This document shows positions 42,082 to 51,167 of a stretch of DNA of 64,000 nucleotides, in pieces. A program made the translations under genes and the position numbers. Positions within the stretch are counted from its first letter, which is position 1. Every line of letters begins with the position of its first letter. The notes under the pieces are model-generated. The model did not search any database. It was not told the DNA's origin and saw only the letters and a list, made by a program, of their open reading frames with translations. Source of the stretch: a virus; the IMG/VR virus record IMGVR_UViG_3300033075_000810; one strand, 5' to 3'.

Positions 42082-42968
42082 GGCTTGTAGTAGTCCAGTG
42101 CCCGGTCCACCATCTCCGGGTTCTCCCGGTAGTACTGGACCGTCTTCCGCAGGCCCTCCTCCCAGGAGGTGAGGTGGCCGAACAGGCTCCGCAGCAGCGA
42201 GGTGTCCGCCACCGCCTCCGACTTGCCCGTCTCGCCGGGACGCATCGGCATCTTCACCAGGCCCCCGGTGCTGCCGGTCAAGCGGATCACGTCCTCGGCC
42301 ACCTGGCGAACCGGGATCGGTTCGCCGGTGCCCAGGTCACACTGGACCGTCAGCCCGTCCTCGGTGGCGTCGATGATGACGCGGGCCATATCATCGACGT
42401 ACATCATGTCCACTACCTGATCGCCGTTGCCGAAGATGGTGATCGGCTTGTTCCTGAGGCCCAGGGCGACGAACACCGGCAGCATCTTCCTCACCGGGTG
42501 AATTGACTGGCCTGGTCCGTAGGAACTGTAGCACCTCAGGCAGGTCACCTTGACCGGGTGGTGTTCGTTGTAGACGCGGATTAGGTCGTCGTTGACCGTC
42601 TTGGTGATGGTGTACACGTCGGGCCAGACCTTGGGCTTGCTGGCGTAGAAGACGTGCGGCGTCTCCATCCTGATGCAGGACTCGATCACCCGGCAGGTGT
42701 TCAGGACGTTCTCCCTCACCGCCGCCGCGATGTTGTTCCTCAGTTCTGAGGTGCCCAGCATACCGTTCATCAGGTAGACGGCGTCGTGGCCCTCGATCAG
42801 CTTGTCCAACTCGCTGTCGGGGTAGGTACTGATGTCGAATAGCTCGGACAGGTTTGAGGAGGCGACCCTCTTGTCCACGACCTTGACCTGGCGACCGATA
42901 TCCCTCAGACGCCGGGCGATAGCACCGCCCATGAAGCCGTGACCACCAATGACCAAAGCCTTCTGCAT
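42078..42968 (-). CDS. NAD-dependent epimerase/dehydratase (extended SDR)
   Basis: ALVIGGHGFMGGAI Rossmann motif, YxxxK-type core (YTITK), start at internal MQKALV with AGGAGAG RBS. Confidence 0.7.
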   Translation of the reverse strand: MQKALVIGGHGFMGGAIARRLRDIGRQVKVVDKRVASSNLSELFDISTYPDSELDKLIEGHDAVYLMNGMLGTSELRNNIAAAVRENVLNTCRVIESCIRMETPHVFYASKPKVWPDVYTITKTVNDDLIRVYNEHHPVKVTCLRCYSSYGPGQSIHPVRKMLPVFVALGLRNKPITIFGNGDQVVDMMYVDDMARVIIDATEDGLTVQCDLGTGEPIPVRQVAEDVIRLTGSTGGLVKMPMRPGETGKSEAVADTSLLRSLFGHLTSWEEGLRKTVQYYRENPEMVDRALDYYKP

Positions 42969-43002
42969 GAGTACTCTCCTAGGTTGCCCTAGAGGAGAGT
43001 AT

Positions 43003-43647
43003 ATGCTCAAGTCCCTGCCGCGTGCCGTGGGAGTCAACGGGAAGCTCATCAAACCCTGGGCCAGCGACCCGATCTACAAGGTCGCCGGCGGCAGGACGGC
43101 CCTCAGCCCGGTCGCCCAGCACGTCCTGCTGCAATGGCTTTCCTACGCATTAGCGGCCCCTGGAGCCGTCGCGGAGTTCGGGGTATGGAGGGGCGGCTCG
43201 GCGGCTCTGATCGCGTCCAAGACGCGGCTAGAGGCCCCTGAGAGGCGGATTCACCTGTTCGACACCTTTGAGGGCATCCCCTCACATACCTCCAAAGACA
43301 ACTACTACCGGGCCGGCGACTGGAAAGATACCAGCCTAGGGGACGTGAGTGCCTTCCTGGCCGAGTACGGTGCCGTCTTCCACCCCGGCGATATCTCCGT
43401 CACCGTCAACACCCTGTCGGGGCCTCTGGCGTTCGTCCACGTCGATTGCGATATGTACGAGCCGGTCAAAGCTGTGACCGAACACGTCTATCCCATCCTC
43501 TCCAAGGGAGGTGTAATCGTCTACGACGACTACGGGTGGATGGACTGTGCCGGGGCCAAGCTCGCCGTAGACGAATACTACGCCGGCTGGCCCGACAAGC
43601 CGATCTACCTGGGCGGGACCAGCCAGGCCGTTGTCGTCAAGCGTTGA
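43003..43647 (+). CDS. TylF/MycF-family SAM-dependent O-methyltransferase
   Basis: GAVAEFGVWRGGSA...HLFDTFEG...HVDCDMYEP...LSKGGVIVYDDYGW matches macrocin-O-methyltransferase family motifs; divergent from the epimerase gene with starts only about 35 bp apart. Confidence 0.7.
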   Translation: MLKSLPRAVGVNGKLIKPWASDPIYKVAGGRTALSPVAQHVLLQWLSYALAAPGAVAEFGVWRGGSAALIASKTRLEAPERRIHLFDTFEGIPSHTSKDNYYRAGDWKDTSLGDVSAFLAEYGAVFHPGDISVTVNTLSGPLAFVHVDCDMYEPVKAVTEHVYPILSKGGVIVYDDYGWMDCAGAKLAVDEYYAGWPDKPIYLGGTSQAVVVKR

Positions 43648-44961
43648 TCACAGGAGAGGGTCCAGTGCGTTCGCTGAGTGGCCGTGCATGATGAAGTCCC
43701 CGTCCTGAGGGGCCTCCAGCGGGTAGGGAACGAAGGTGCCCTTGATCGGGTAGCCCATCTCGTCCTTCTCCGCGTCGATCAGGTAGCCCTCGGGGTCGAT
43801 AAAGACGATCTTCAGGCCGGCCTCGCGGGCGTAAGCCGTCGCCTTCCGCCGGTCAGCATGGGAGCCGATCACGAACAGGGACTTGGCCCTGGGGTCCAGG
43901 GGCGGCTTGGGGTAGATGCCGGTGGCGTCATGCTGCCTCAGTGAGTACTCGGGCAGACCGACGCTCAGGGCCAGGCCGTCGAAGTTGTTGGTCAGGACCG
44001 GCCCGACGATGTCGCCCCGGTCGTGTAAGAACTTCAGGTCGCGGTAGAACTTGTTCGGCCTGGCCTGGAGGCAGGCCGCGTGGATATACGCCGCCTTCTT
44101 GTAGTGCCCCTCCACGTCCCCGAAGTAGCTCTGAATGAAGGTATCGTCCCCGGCCTTCAGAACGAACTTTTTGTCGGGCGTGGTAATCGAGTAGATGCCG
44201 TGCATGTAGTTCAGCGGCGGGATGCCGGCGTCGATGGACGGGCCGCAGCCAAGCTCGACCTGGGCCGGCAGGAAAGGCTTGAGAGCCGTGATCTTGGTCG
44301 GCTTCCCCCTGGGCGGCACCTGGCGGATGCCCGTCTTCAGGATCTTCCAGGGCCTCTCGTACCTGTCCATGTCCGGCTGCTTGCCCCGCTGGTGGACCCA
44401 AATCTCCAAGCTCCGGTAGTGGGCGGGGTTGGGGGTGTCATTCTCGATGTCGTACTGGCTGGCCTTGAACGTCTGCATGACAAGGTTCAAGTCGCCCCTG
44501 CACCACAGGTTGTCGCTACTCCACGTCTGCCAGTCGCCCCTGTCCAGGCTGTCGATGAGGGCATCCCTGTAGACGGTCACCTCGTCCTCAGGCCCCTTGA
44601 TGTTGAGGAACAGGTAGGCGTCCTTGATGACGAAGCTGTCCCCCTCCAGGGCGTACTCGTCGCGGAAATAGAGGATGCGGCGACGGGCGTCCTCGGTGCA
44701 TACCCAGCCCGACTGCTCGGCATTGACCGGGGCCTGGTGACGCCTCCAGACGTTCTCCCTGACGGCACGGTTCCATCCGCCCTCCGAGGAGAAGCGGACC
44801 TTGAAGTTCTCGACCGCCTCGGTGTTGAGTCCGGTCAGGATGGGGAATGGCAGTTGCATGCTTTCATAGAGTATGTCCTCCAAAACGCTGTCGGTCGCCG
44901 TGTTTTTCAAGCCTAAACTCAACTGGAAGTGCGGGGCCTCCCACCAGTTGCAGATCCTCAC
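43648..44961 (-). CDS. SIR2-like (sirtuin-fold) domain protein with uncharacterised 200-aa N-terminal domain
   Basis: C-terminal half has LGCGPSIDAGIPP (like GAGIS..GIP), VLTNNFDGLA (like QNIDGLH) and VIGSH (like VIGTS) resembling SIR2 NAD-binding motifs. Confidence 0.55.
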   Translation of the reverse strand: MRICNWWEAPHFQLSLGLKNTATDSVLEDILYESMQLPFPILTGLNTEAVENFKVRFSSEGGWNRAVRENVWRRHQAPVNAEQSGWVCTEDARRRILYFRDEYALEGDSFVIKDAYLFLNIKGPEDEVTVYRDALIDSLDRGDWQTWSSDNLWCRGDLNLVMQTFKASQYDIENDTPNPAHYRSLEIWVHQRGKQPDMDRYERPWKILKTGIRQVPPRGKPTKITALKPFLPAQVELGCGPSIDAGIPPLNYMHGIYSITTPDKKFVLKAGDDTFIQSYFGDVEGHYKKAAYIHAACLQARPNKFYRDLKFLHDRGDIVGPVLTNNFDGLALSVGLPEYSLRQHDATGIYPKPPLDPRAKSLFVIGSHADRRKATAYAREAGLKIVFIDPEGYLIDAEKDEMGYPIKGTFVPYPLEAPQDGDFIMHGHSANALDPLL

Positions 44962-45799
44962 GGACGGCCTCAGGTCCAGGGGTCACCGGGTTTCCACGTT
45001 CACAGACCCGGCGGCTGACCTGTCCGGCCACGACGTGGCCTTCGTCACCAGTCTGAACGAACCTTTCTCCAGCAGCCTGGCCGACCGCTGCAAGGCCAGG
45101 GGCGTGCCGCTGGTGATCAAGGCGGTCCACCACCCGCTGTTTGGGGTGTCCGTGCCGCTACTGAAGATGATGGACGACGCCGCCTTCATCACGGTCGAGA
45201 GCCAGGCCGAGACGGACGCCCTGCTGTCCTGCCTGTCGCCCTACTGGGCGAAGGGTAAGTACATCCCCAAGATCGTGGAGATGAAGCCCGCCGTCCACCC
45301 GGACATCTATCCCATGAACCTGCCCAGGGACGGTGTCCACCTTAACGGACGTTACGACAGGAACAAGGGTCACCTCCGTGTCCTGCGTGCCTGCAAGGAA
45401 CTTGAGGTCCGCGTGAGTGTGGCGGGCCACCCTCAGTATGTCGATGTCTACAACGAGTGTTTGAGGGAGGGATACGGCGAGGTGCTGGGGGAGTTATCCA
45501 AGGACGAGCTTAGGCTCCAGTATAACCGGGCCAAGGTCTACGTCTGTGCCAGCGGCGTGGAGGTGAGCAGCACCAGCGTCTGCGAGGCCATCGCCTGCGG
45601 CTGCGTCGTGGTGTCGTCCCCGACGCACCTGATGAACTCGTCCTTCACGAAGCCCGGCTACATCGTGTACGCGAGCGAAGACACCCTCAAGGACTCCATC
45701 AAGCAGGCTCTAAAAGTGAAAAAGCAGGAGAACGGGTACTGGACCGACACGATGCTAGTGAACGCCTACGAGGAGTTGTTCCTCAGTCTGGCACGGTGA
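44873..45799 (+). CDS. glycosyltransferase, GT4/GT1-like
   Basis: VYVCASGVEVSSTSVCEAIACGCVVVSSP resembles the GT4 C-terminal E-x7-E region. Confidence 0.6.
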   Translation: MSSKTLSVAVFFKPKLNWKCGASHQLQILTDGLRSRGHRVSTFTDPAADLSGHDVAFVTSLNEPFSSSLADRCKARGVPLVIKAVHHPLFGVSVPLLKMMDDAAFITVESQAETDALLSCLSPYWAKGKYIPKIVEMKPAVHPDIYPMNLPRDGVHLNGRYDRNKGHLRVLRACKELEVRVSVAGHPQYVDVYNECLREGYGEVLGELSKDELRLQYNRAKVYVCASGVEVSSTSVCEAIACGCVVVSSPTHLMNSSFTKPGYIVYASEDTLKDSIKQALKVKKQENGYWTDTMLVNAYEELFLSLAR

Positions 45800-46034
45800 T
45801 CTTGGGGCCGAAACGGATGCTCTTGTCCAGCTTGCCGGCGTACTTGAGGCCGGGACCGCCGTGGTTAGGCCCCTCAAAGAACGAGTCGTTGTAAGCCGTC
45901 ACGACGCAGACGCCGGCGTCCTTGAACCGCCACACCTGACAGGGGCACTTAACCATACGGTTCCGCTTGCCCCTGTACTTGATCCAGTACCAACCCTCCT
46001 CAGCGGGCGTTTCTGCGACCCATGAGCTTTTCAT
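45783..46034 (-). CDS. hypothetical protein (start at internal MKSSW)
   Basis: short ORF; boundaries uncertain. Confidence 0.35.
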   Translation of the reverse strand: MKSSWVAETPAEEGWYWIKYRGKRNRMVKCPCQVWRFKDAGVCVVTAYNDSFFEGPNHGGPGLKYAGKLDKSIRFGPKITVPD

Positions 46035-46242
46035 CTTCACTCCCCGGAGGCGGCAAGTAGCAGAACCGCCAGTTGGGTACGAGCAGCCAGTCGCCGTTGG
46101 GGGTTTCAACCAGATGCTCGGGGTAGCCCAGGGTGGACCGCGACACCTCCGACATGAGGATTATACACCGATCCCCCACGGCGGGCGGGTTTGCGAGGTC
46201 GCCGTAGATGACCCAGCAGTACTCGACCCCGTCGAAGATCAC
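46000..46242 (-). CDS. hypothetical protein
   Basis: 80-aa ORF. Confidence 0.35.
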   Translation of the reverse strand: MIFDGVEYCWVIYGDLANPPAVGDRCIILMSEVSRSTLGYPEHLVETPNGDWLLVPNWRFCYLPPPGSEDEKLMGRRNAR

Positions 46243-46353
46243 CGAGGGTGAAGTCCCCGAACGTCATGGCGTCCTCGCGGACAGCCTGGATCAGCCTCTC
46301 CTTCAAGCTCGCATCCATTCCCGTAGTCCCCTTGGTCACACCGAGTCTGCCAG

Positions 46354-46422
46354 TCACCCCAAGAGGAATCGAACCTCTCAAGCAGTTTTAGGAGAACCGC
46401 CGCCGAATCCATCGGTGGGGTG
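46354..46422 (-). tRNA. tRNA-Arg (CCU), compact D-arm
   Basis: perfect acceptor CACCCCA/UGGGGUG, anticodon stem CGGUU/AACUG with loop CUCCUAA, T-arm AGAGG-UUCGAUU-CCUCU; D-stem CCGA/UCGG begins directly at position 8. Confidence 0.5.
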
Positions 46423-46527
46423 CGAATCGAAACTCACACGCTATTCTAGCTCACTGACTTTCAACCCAGGAGCCGCCATGAACCACTGGGAGTTCGATCA
46501 CGGCAAGCTGGACCGGCCTCTGGCCCT

Positions 46528-46740
46528 CTAGGTGGCGAACAGGTCGCCCTGCTTCTTCTTGCGGGGCTTCTTGGCCGGCTCGGCAGGCACCCGCTGGTCT
46601 TCGGACAGTGTGCGGGTGCCTGTGCCGTGCCAGCCGCAGGAGTCGCAGTTCTGGTCCTCGATCACCGTCGAGGCACCAGGCTCGGGTTTACGGAGAGAGC
46701 GGCTCGTCTTCGTGGAGCCGCAACGGGGACAACTGCTCAT
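46528..46740 (-). CDS. zinc-ribbon protein with basic tail
   Basis: MSSCPRCGS...CDSCGW; KKPRKKKQ. Confidence 0.4.
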   Translation of the reverse strand: MSSCPRCGSTKTSRSLRKPEPGASTVIEDQNCDSCGWHGTGTRTLSEDQRVPAEPAKKPRKKKQGDLFAT

Positions 46741-46984
46741 GCTTAACCTCCGGTGGTAGGGGCGGGTCGTGCCCCTCGTAGTCGTTCCAGCCACACCACC
46801 AGTAGTAGTGCATGTCGTCGCTGTGTCCACTGTCCCGTTCGTGATTCGTCCGCTGGTGAGGGTTATCCCTCTCGGGCTTGCCGTCCCTGGCAGCCTTGTA
46901 GCCGGCGTCATAGGCTTCCGCGTAGCACTCCGCGAACCTATCCGTCCGGCACCAGTTCTCTTTGCTCGGCGGGTCGTAGGGCAT
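46688..46984 (-). CDS. hypothetical protein
   Basis: 98-aa ORF. Confidence 0.4.
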   Translation of the reverse strand: MPYDPPSKENWCRTDRFAECYAEAYDAGYKAARDGKPERDNPHQRTNHERDSGHSDDMHYYWWCGWNDYEGHDPPLPPEVKHEQLSPLRLHEDEPLSP

Positions 46985-47028
46985 CGAGCCATTCCTCCGC
47001 TTGGATGAACCCCACGACCTGCGTGCCG

Positions 47029-47391
47029 TCAGGGAGCATCACGTCCACCGGGATTGGGTCTTCCATCCTTGATCTCAGGCCAGATTTTGTCCGCGAAGAT
47101 GTCGAGGAACCCGTCGAGCGGGTAGCCGATCCCGACGTAGAACTCGGTCCACTCCTTCAGGGTGAACTGGCCTCGGCTCTGTGCGATAGCCATGTCCTGA
47201 AGGCTCACCCCGCCGCCCATCGGCGGGTCTTCGATCAGCCAGCGGCACAGGCCGTTGGCCCTGAAATAGTACTTGTCGTTGGGCATCTCGACTACCTCGG
47301 GCCAGCCGAGGTAGTCCATGAGCCTGCCGTAGCGTTCGACCAGCGTTGCGTCGTCGTGAGGGACGATCCTTTTCCAGCCGCTCAAGGGCAT
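47029..47391 (-). CDS. hypothetical protein
   Basis: 120-aa ORF. Confidence 0.45.
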   Translation of the reverse strand: MPLSGWKRIVPHDDATLVERYGRLMDYLGWPEVVEMPNDKYYFRANGLCRWLIEDPPMGGGVSLQDMAIAQSRGQFTLKEWTEFYVGIGYPLDGFLDIFADKIWPEIKDGRPNPGGRDAP

Positions 47392-47479
47392 GGCATCACC
47401 GTTAAGGAGGATGAAAGATACCAGTTCCAGAAGTTGGCTGTCAAGCCAACTTACACCGTGTTATCGCTCTGGCGGGCGG

Positions 47480-47764
47480 TCATTCGTCGTCGTTGTCGCC
47501 GCCCAGGGTCCACTGGAGGAACACCCTCAGGGCCTCCATCTTCTTGGCGTTGCCGCCCCCGCCGTAGCGGTAGGTGATCTTGATCTCCCGCGTCTCCAGA
47601 TCGAGGTGGTCGCACCACCAGTCGTTGCTGCCGTCCAGTGCCCAGGGGTAGCCGCTGTCCTTCTTGTGGACGTTCTCGTCGCTGGAGCAGACGGCTCGGG
47701 CGATCCTCTTGACGAGGCGTTCCTCGTCCTTCCAGAAACGGCTGACCCGTACCTTGATCTCCAC
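47480..47764 (-). CDS. hypothetical protein (GTG start)
   Basis: AGGAGGA RBS 8 nt upstream of GTG; GTGA-type overlap with the upstream stop. Confidence 0.45.
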   Translation of the reverse strand: MEIKVRVSRFWKDEERLVKRIARAVCSSDENVHKKDSGYPWALDGSNDWWCDHLDLETREIKITYRYGGGGNAKKMEALRVFLQWTLGGDNDDE

Positions 47765-47765
47765 G

Positions 47766-48053
47766 TCAGTTGTCCTCCAGCACCTTGTGATAGAGCTTGT
47801 CCCTGTGGTTGACCTTGGCGTTCTCGACGGCCTCAAACCAGTTTGGGCCGATCCCCACGATAACGATCTGCCCCTGGTCGCGGTAACCGACCTTGCAGCC
47901 CTCGGCACCCTTGGCGAGGTAGACGTTGGCCCAGACGCTGTTGGCCCATGCCAGGGCCTGCTCCTGGGTCCACTCTGGCTTCTTCTTCGGCATCTTCAGT
48001 TCCTCATCCTTCAGTGACCGGAAGAACTTCTCCCATTGTTCCAGCGTCAGCAC
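47766..48053 (-). CDS. hypothetical protein
   Basis: 95-aa ORF. Confidence 0.45.
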   Translation of the reverse strand: MLTLEQWEKFFRSLKDEELKMPKKKPEWTQEQALAWANSVWANVYLAKGAEGCKVGYRDQGQIVIVGIGPNWFEAVENAKVNHRDKLYHKVLEDN

Positions 48054-48474
48054 TGAAAACCTCCGTGAGTCTGACCGCCATGTCCCAACCCTCGTCGGTC
48101 GGCACGAAGCGGGCGATGGGCGAAACCAGTTTGGCGTCCGCGAAGAAGTGGGGGTCGATGACCCTCTGGTTGACCACGTCGATGAGGGTGACGCCCCTGA
48201 AGACGAGGATCTTGTTGCCCTCGTAGTTGTTGCAGTCCGGGTAGTTGATCTTGAGGATCAGGAACCGCCCCACTTCCTTCGCACTGACGATCTTGTAGTT
48301 GAACGGGTCCGGGTTGCCGGACACCTTTTTGACCTTCTTCTCAGGCTCGGTGGGCGGGGGCGGGCTGTAGGACTCGGGCGGTCGCTTGCCGTCGATCCAG
48401 GGGCCTGAGGGGTAGTAGGCCCGGCGGTACTCGCCCGGCCCCAGTGACCCCGAACTTCTGCGGTTGACTCCCAT
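48004..48474 (-). CDS. hypothetical protein (start at internal MGVNRR)
   Basis: 156-aa ORF. Confidence 0.45.
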   Translation of the reverse strand: MGVNRRSSGSLGPGEYRRAYYPSGPWIDGKRPPESYSPPPPTEPEKKVKKVSGNPDPFNYKIVSAKEVGRFLILKINYPDCNNYEGNKILVFRGVTLIDVVNQRVIDPHFFADAKLVSPIARFVPTDEGWDMAVRLTEVFSADAGTMGEVLPVTEG

Positions 48475-48484
48475 GATCTCCTCC

Positions 48485-48685
48485 TTACCACCATTGTACT
48501 GGTTCGATACTGAGGATTTCCGCGATGTCGTCGCCGCAGCCTCCGATCTGGATCGACTCCTCGACCTGCCACCTCTCCCAGGACCAGGGGGCTTCCTTCT
48601 CAAACCACCGCCGGTTGTCCTCACAACTGACATACCAGATACGCCAGGTGCGGAGCGGCTCCTCTTCCTCAGGCTCAGGGGACAT
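48485..48685 (-). CDS. hypothetical protein
   Basis: 66-aa ORF. Confidence 0.4.
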   Translation of the reverse strand: MSPEPEEEEPLRTWRIWYVSCEDNRRWFEKEAPWSWERWQVEESIQIGGCGDDIAEILSIEPVQWW

Positions 48686-49316
48686 GGTTCCTCTCCATTG
48701 TGCCGTCCCTGAGGACGCGGGTCGGGTGGTCCGGTGGGTAGAACATCATCATCTGGTACGGCGTGGTGACGCAGAACCTGCCATCCCCGAAGTCCGAGGC
48801 CCGCACGTCCGTGTCCAGGGTGACCTGCTCGCGGTAGCCGACGAACGGCTTGTAGCCGCCGTCACGCCACTCGCAGGCGTACTCATAGACGAACTTGAGG
48901 GCCGGGGTGGTCCTCCTGAAGCCGGCGTCGAAGTTCTCCACGCTCTCCACCCTGACGGCCTGGATCTGGCACCTCTGGCGACCGCCTCCCTCCCCCTTCT
49001 CGATCACCTCGACCTGACCGCCGACGTACTTCTGCATCATCTCCGTCGTGAGTTCTGACCCCTGCATGTCCATCTCCTTGAGGATGGCGTCTTTGGTTGG
49101 ACCGTACCGCCCCATCCTCACGAAGCGGATGCCCTCGATCACGCAGTCGCGGTAGTGGTGCGACGTGTAGAACCTCAGCAGCATCATGAGCAGGTTGCGT
49201 GGGATCTCCGCAGGCTCGTACCCCTCGGTGTAGATGCAGCCGTGGGTGTCGTCCTCCCGGTCGTGGTAGTCCAGGCGGACGGACAGATGAAAGTCCGGCA
49301 AATCGGTTTCCGACAT
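48675..49316 (-). CDS. hypothetical protein
   Basis: 213-aa ORF. Confidence 0.5.
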   Translation of the reverse strand: MSETDLPDFHLSVRLDYHDREDDTHGCIYTEGYEPAEIPRNLLMMLLRFYTSHHYRDCVIEGIRFVRMGRYGPTKDAILKEMDMQGSELTTEMMQKYVGGQVEVIEKGEGGGRQRCQIQAVRVESVENFDAGFRRTTPALKFVYEYACEWRDGGYKPFVGYREQVTLDTDVRASDFGDGRFCVTTPYQMMMFYPPDHPTRVLRDGTMERNHVP

Positions 49317-49367
49317 GCTGCACTCCTGGGGCGAGTTGGGATCAAGTTAGACACGCCCCAGGGCGTG

Positions 49368-49805
49368 TCAATCGTCGTCTTCGTCGGCCAGGTAGGGGCG
49401 GTGGCAGTACGGGCAATCCTCGTTCACATCCACCTTCTCGTCGGCGTGGGCCTGTGCCTCATACTTCTCAGAGAAAGCTCGGTTGCCGACGACGAACAGG
49501 ACGACAGCGTTGCTCTGAAGCGATGTGTGCTTGTTGTGGGCGGCGATGGACTCGGGGGTGACCGGCGTGGTGTCGCGGCGGAAGCTCGATGTGGTCACCG
49601 CGTACTGGATCTTTGACCCGTCCCCGATAAAACTCAGGAACGGCCCGTCCATCGTCATGGGCGGCATATCGACGGGGTCCATGTGCAGCCCCTGCCCGCC
49701 GATGATCGAGCGGAGCAGGGCGAAGTCGGTCACGGTGTCGGGCTGGAATAGCTCGATGGCGTCCGCCCGGTCGTACAGGTTCAAAACAACTCTCACGGAT
49801 TTCAT
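49368..49805 (-). CDS. hypothetical protein
   Basis: 145-aa ORF. Confidence 0.45.
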   Translation of the reverse strand: MKSVRVVLNLYDRADAIELFQPDTVTDFALLRSIIGGQGLHMDPVDMPPMTMDGPFLSFIGDGSKIQYAVTTSSFRRDTTPVTPESIAAHNKHTSLQSNAVVLFVVGNRAFSEKYEAQAHADEKVDVNEDCPYCHRPYLADEDDD

Positions 49806-49862
49806 TCTTTCCTCCTTAGGGACGAGGCCCCCACTGAGGTAGTGTCCGCAAAAGCGGTTTGC

Positions 49863-50186
49863 CTAGAATGTGACCCGACGCTCGTCGTACACGTCGTCGC
49901 TGGTCCGCCCCCGCGTGACCGTCACCGACCCGCTCGGCAGCACCCGCACGGTGACGTGCTGGTCGGAGTTTTCGTGGCAGAACAGCTTGACGGTCCAGAC
50001 GCCGCCCTCGACCTCCAGGCTGAGTTCGGAGGCGAAACTGTGGTGCAGGGCACACTCCTGCTTGATCGCCTCGCACGCGGCCTGGTTGGGCAGGTCGCGG
50101 GTCTTGCTGGAGACGGTGGTGATGAGTTCCCAGAGGTTGACGTGAGCCATGCTGACTCCTGGCCGGGTGGGGGCGACTACTACCAC
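49863..50186 (-). CDS. hypothetical protein
   Basis: 107-aa ORF. Confidence 0.45.
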   Translation of the reverse strand: MVVVAPTRPGVSMAHVNLWELITTVSSKTRDLPNQAACEAIKQECALHHSFASELSLEVEGGVWTVKLFCHENSDQHVTVRVLPSGSVTVTRGRTSDDVYDERRVTF

Positions 50187-50207
50187 CTTAGCCAGGAGAT
50201 CGGCTTG

Positions 50208-50483
50208 TCAATTCATCACGAAGTGGCGGAACAGGAAGTAGGCGACGATGCCGAGGAAGATCACGTCGGAGGACCAATCGAGGAAGTTCCAGAAGTAGCA
50301 GAAACGCCCCCAGTTCTCCCACTCCTTGGCCTGCCAGGCCGCGTAGTCCTTGTACTTGGGCAGCGGGTTGTAGCAGTGGCGGATGACCACGGAGATCGGC
50401 CAGGAGGCCGCGAGGATGACCGCGACGGCGATCACCCAGGCGTCCCACCGCTGGAAGAACAGGGACAACTCGCGGTATGTCAT
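50208..50483 (-). CDS. membrane protein
   Basis: two or three hydrophobic helices. Confidence 0.45.
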   Translation of the reverse strand: MTYRELSLFFQRWDAWVIAVAVILAASWPISVVIRHCYNPLPKYKDYAAWQAKEWENWGRFCYFWNFLDWSSDVIFLGIVAYFLFRHFVMN

Positions 50484-50770
50484 CCGGCGATCCTCACGTC
50501 GGGGGAGATGCCGACGCAGTTATTGCCCAGGGGCACATTGTGGATCTTGCCGGACCCCTGATGGGCGGCGAGGTAGGAGGCGACCTCCTCATCGATGATC
50601 GGTCGGCACTTGGAGTTGCCTTTGAGGCAGGCGTAGCCGTCGTCATCCTCGCCCAGGTAGCGGCACTGCCCCGAGGGGCCGATGCCCTTGCAGACGGCAA
50701 GGCTCTGCGTCTCGGGACAGGTGACGATGACGGAGCTTAGGGCAACCCCCAGGAAGATGCGGCGGTCCAT
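50480..50770 (-). CDS. secreted Cys-rich protein (start at MDRRIFLGVAL)
   Basis: signal-peptide-like N-terminus; six Cys. Confidence 0.4.
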   Translation of the reverse strand: MDRRIFLGVALSSVIVTCPETQSLAVCKGIGPSGQCRYLGEDDDGYACLKGNSKCRPIIDEEVASYLAAHQGSGKIHNVPLGNNCVGISPDVRIAG

Positions 50771-50771
50771 G

Positions 50772-51167
50772 TCACTTCTCCTTGTTGATCTTGGCCTTGA
50801 GTCCCTCGCGGATACCCTTGGTGGCACCTCGGGTCAGGCCGCGAGCGATACTCTCGCTTACGCCCTCCTTGCGGTCGATGGCGATGTAGCTCTTGGCGAC
50901 GACATCGTCGCCTGTGTAGGGCAAGCCGTCTGGTCCGCTGGAGCGTGTCAGGACAATGTAGTTCCAGATGCCCTTCTCGATCTCCCAGGTGATTTCGTGC
51001 CCCCAGGGGTCGTCCTGGCCGGTGGTGCCGTCCGGCTTGAAGTTGGTGTCGTTAAACGGCAGGCGGGAGATCACCTCGACCTGCGAGCGGGCCTTGTCAG
51101 TGTTGCTGGGGCCGCAGCCGACGAAAGTCAGTGCGGCAATTCCGATTGCGACGAGCAGGCTTCTCAT
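50772..51167 (-). CDS. lipoprotein
   Basis: MRSLLVAIGIAALTFVGCG signal peptide with lipobox. Confidence 0.5.
   Translation of the reverse strand: MRSLLVAIGIAALTFVGCGPSNTDKARSQVEVISRLPFNDTNFKPDGTTGQDDPWGHEITWEIEKGIWNYIVLTRSSGPDGLPYTGDDVVAKSYIAIDRKEGVSESIARGLTRGATKGIREGLKAKINKEK

Noticed and set aside
46423-46470. Second T-loop-like sequence (GAGUUUCGAUUCGC) just upstream of tRNA-Arg(CCU) at 46354
   Set aside because: Its T-stem has a mismatch and the 3' acceptor would overlap the neighbouring tRNA's 5' end. It is probably a degenerate remnant.
46528-46992. 154-aa minus-strand ORF spanning two shorter genes
   Set aside because: Its N-terminal two thirds are Thr/Gly/Arg-rich artefact in a frame overlapping the better 46688..46984 ORF. 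Only the C-terminal zinc-ribbon portion (46528..46740) looks real.
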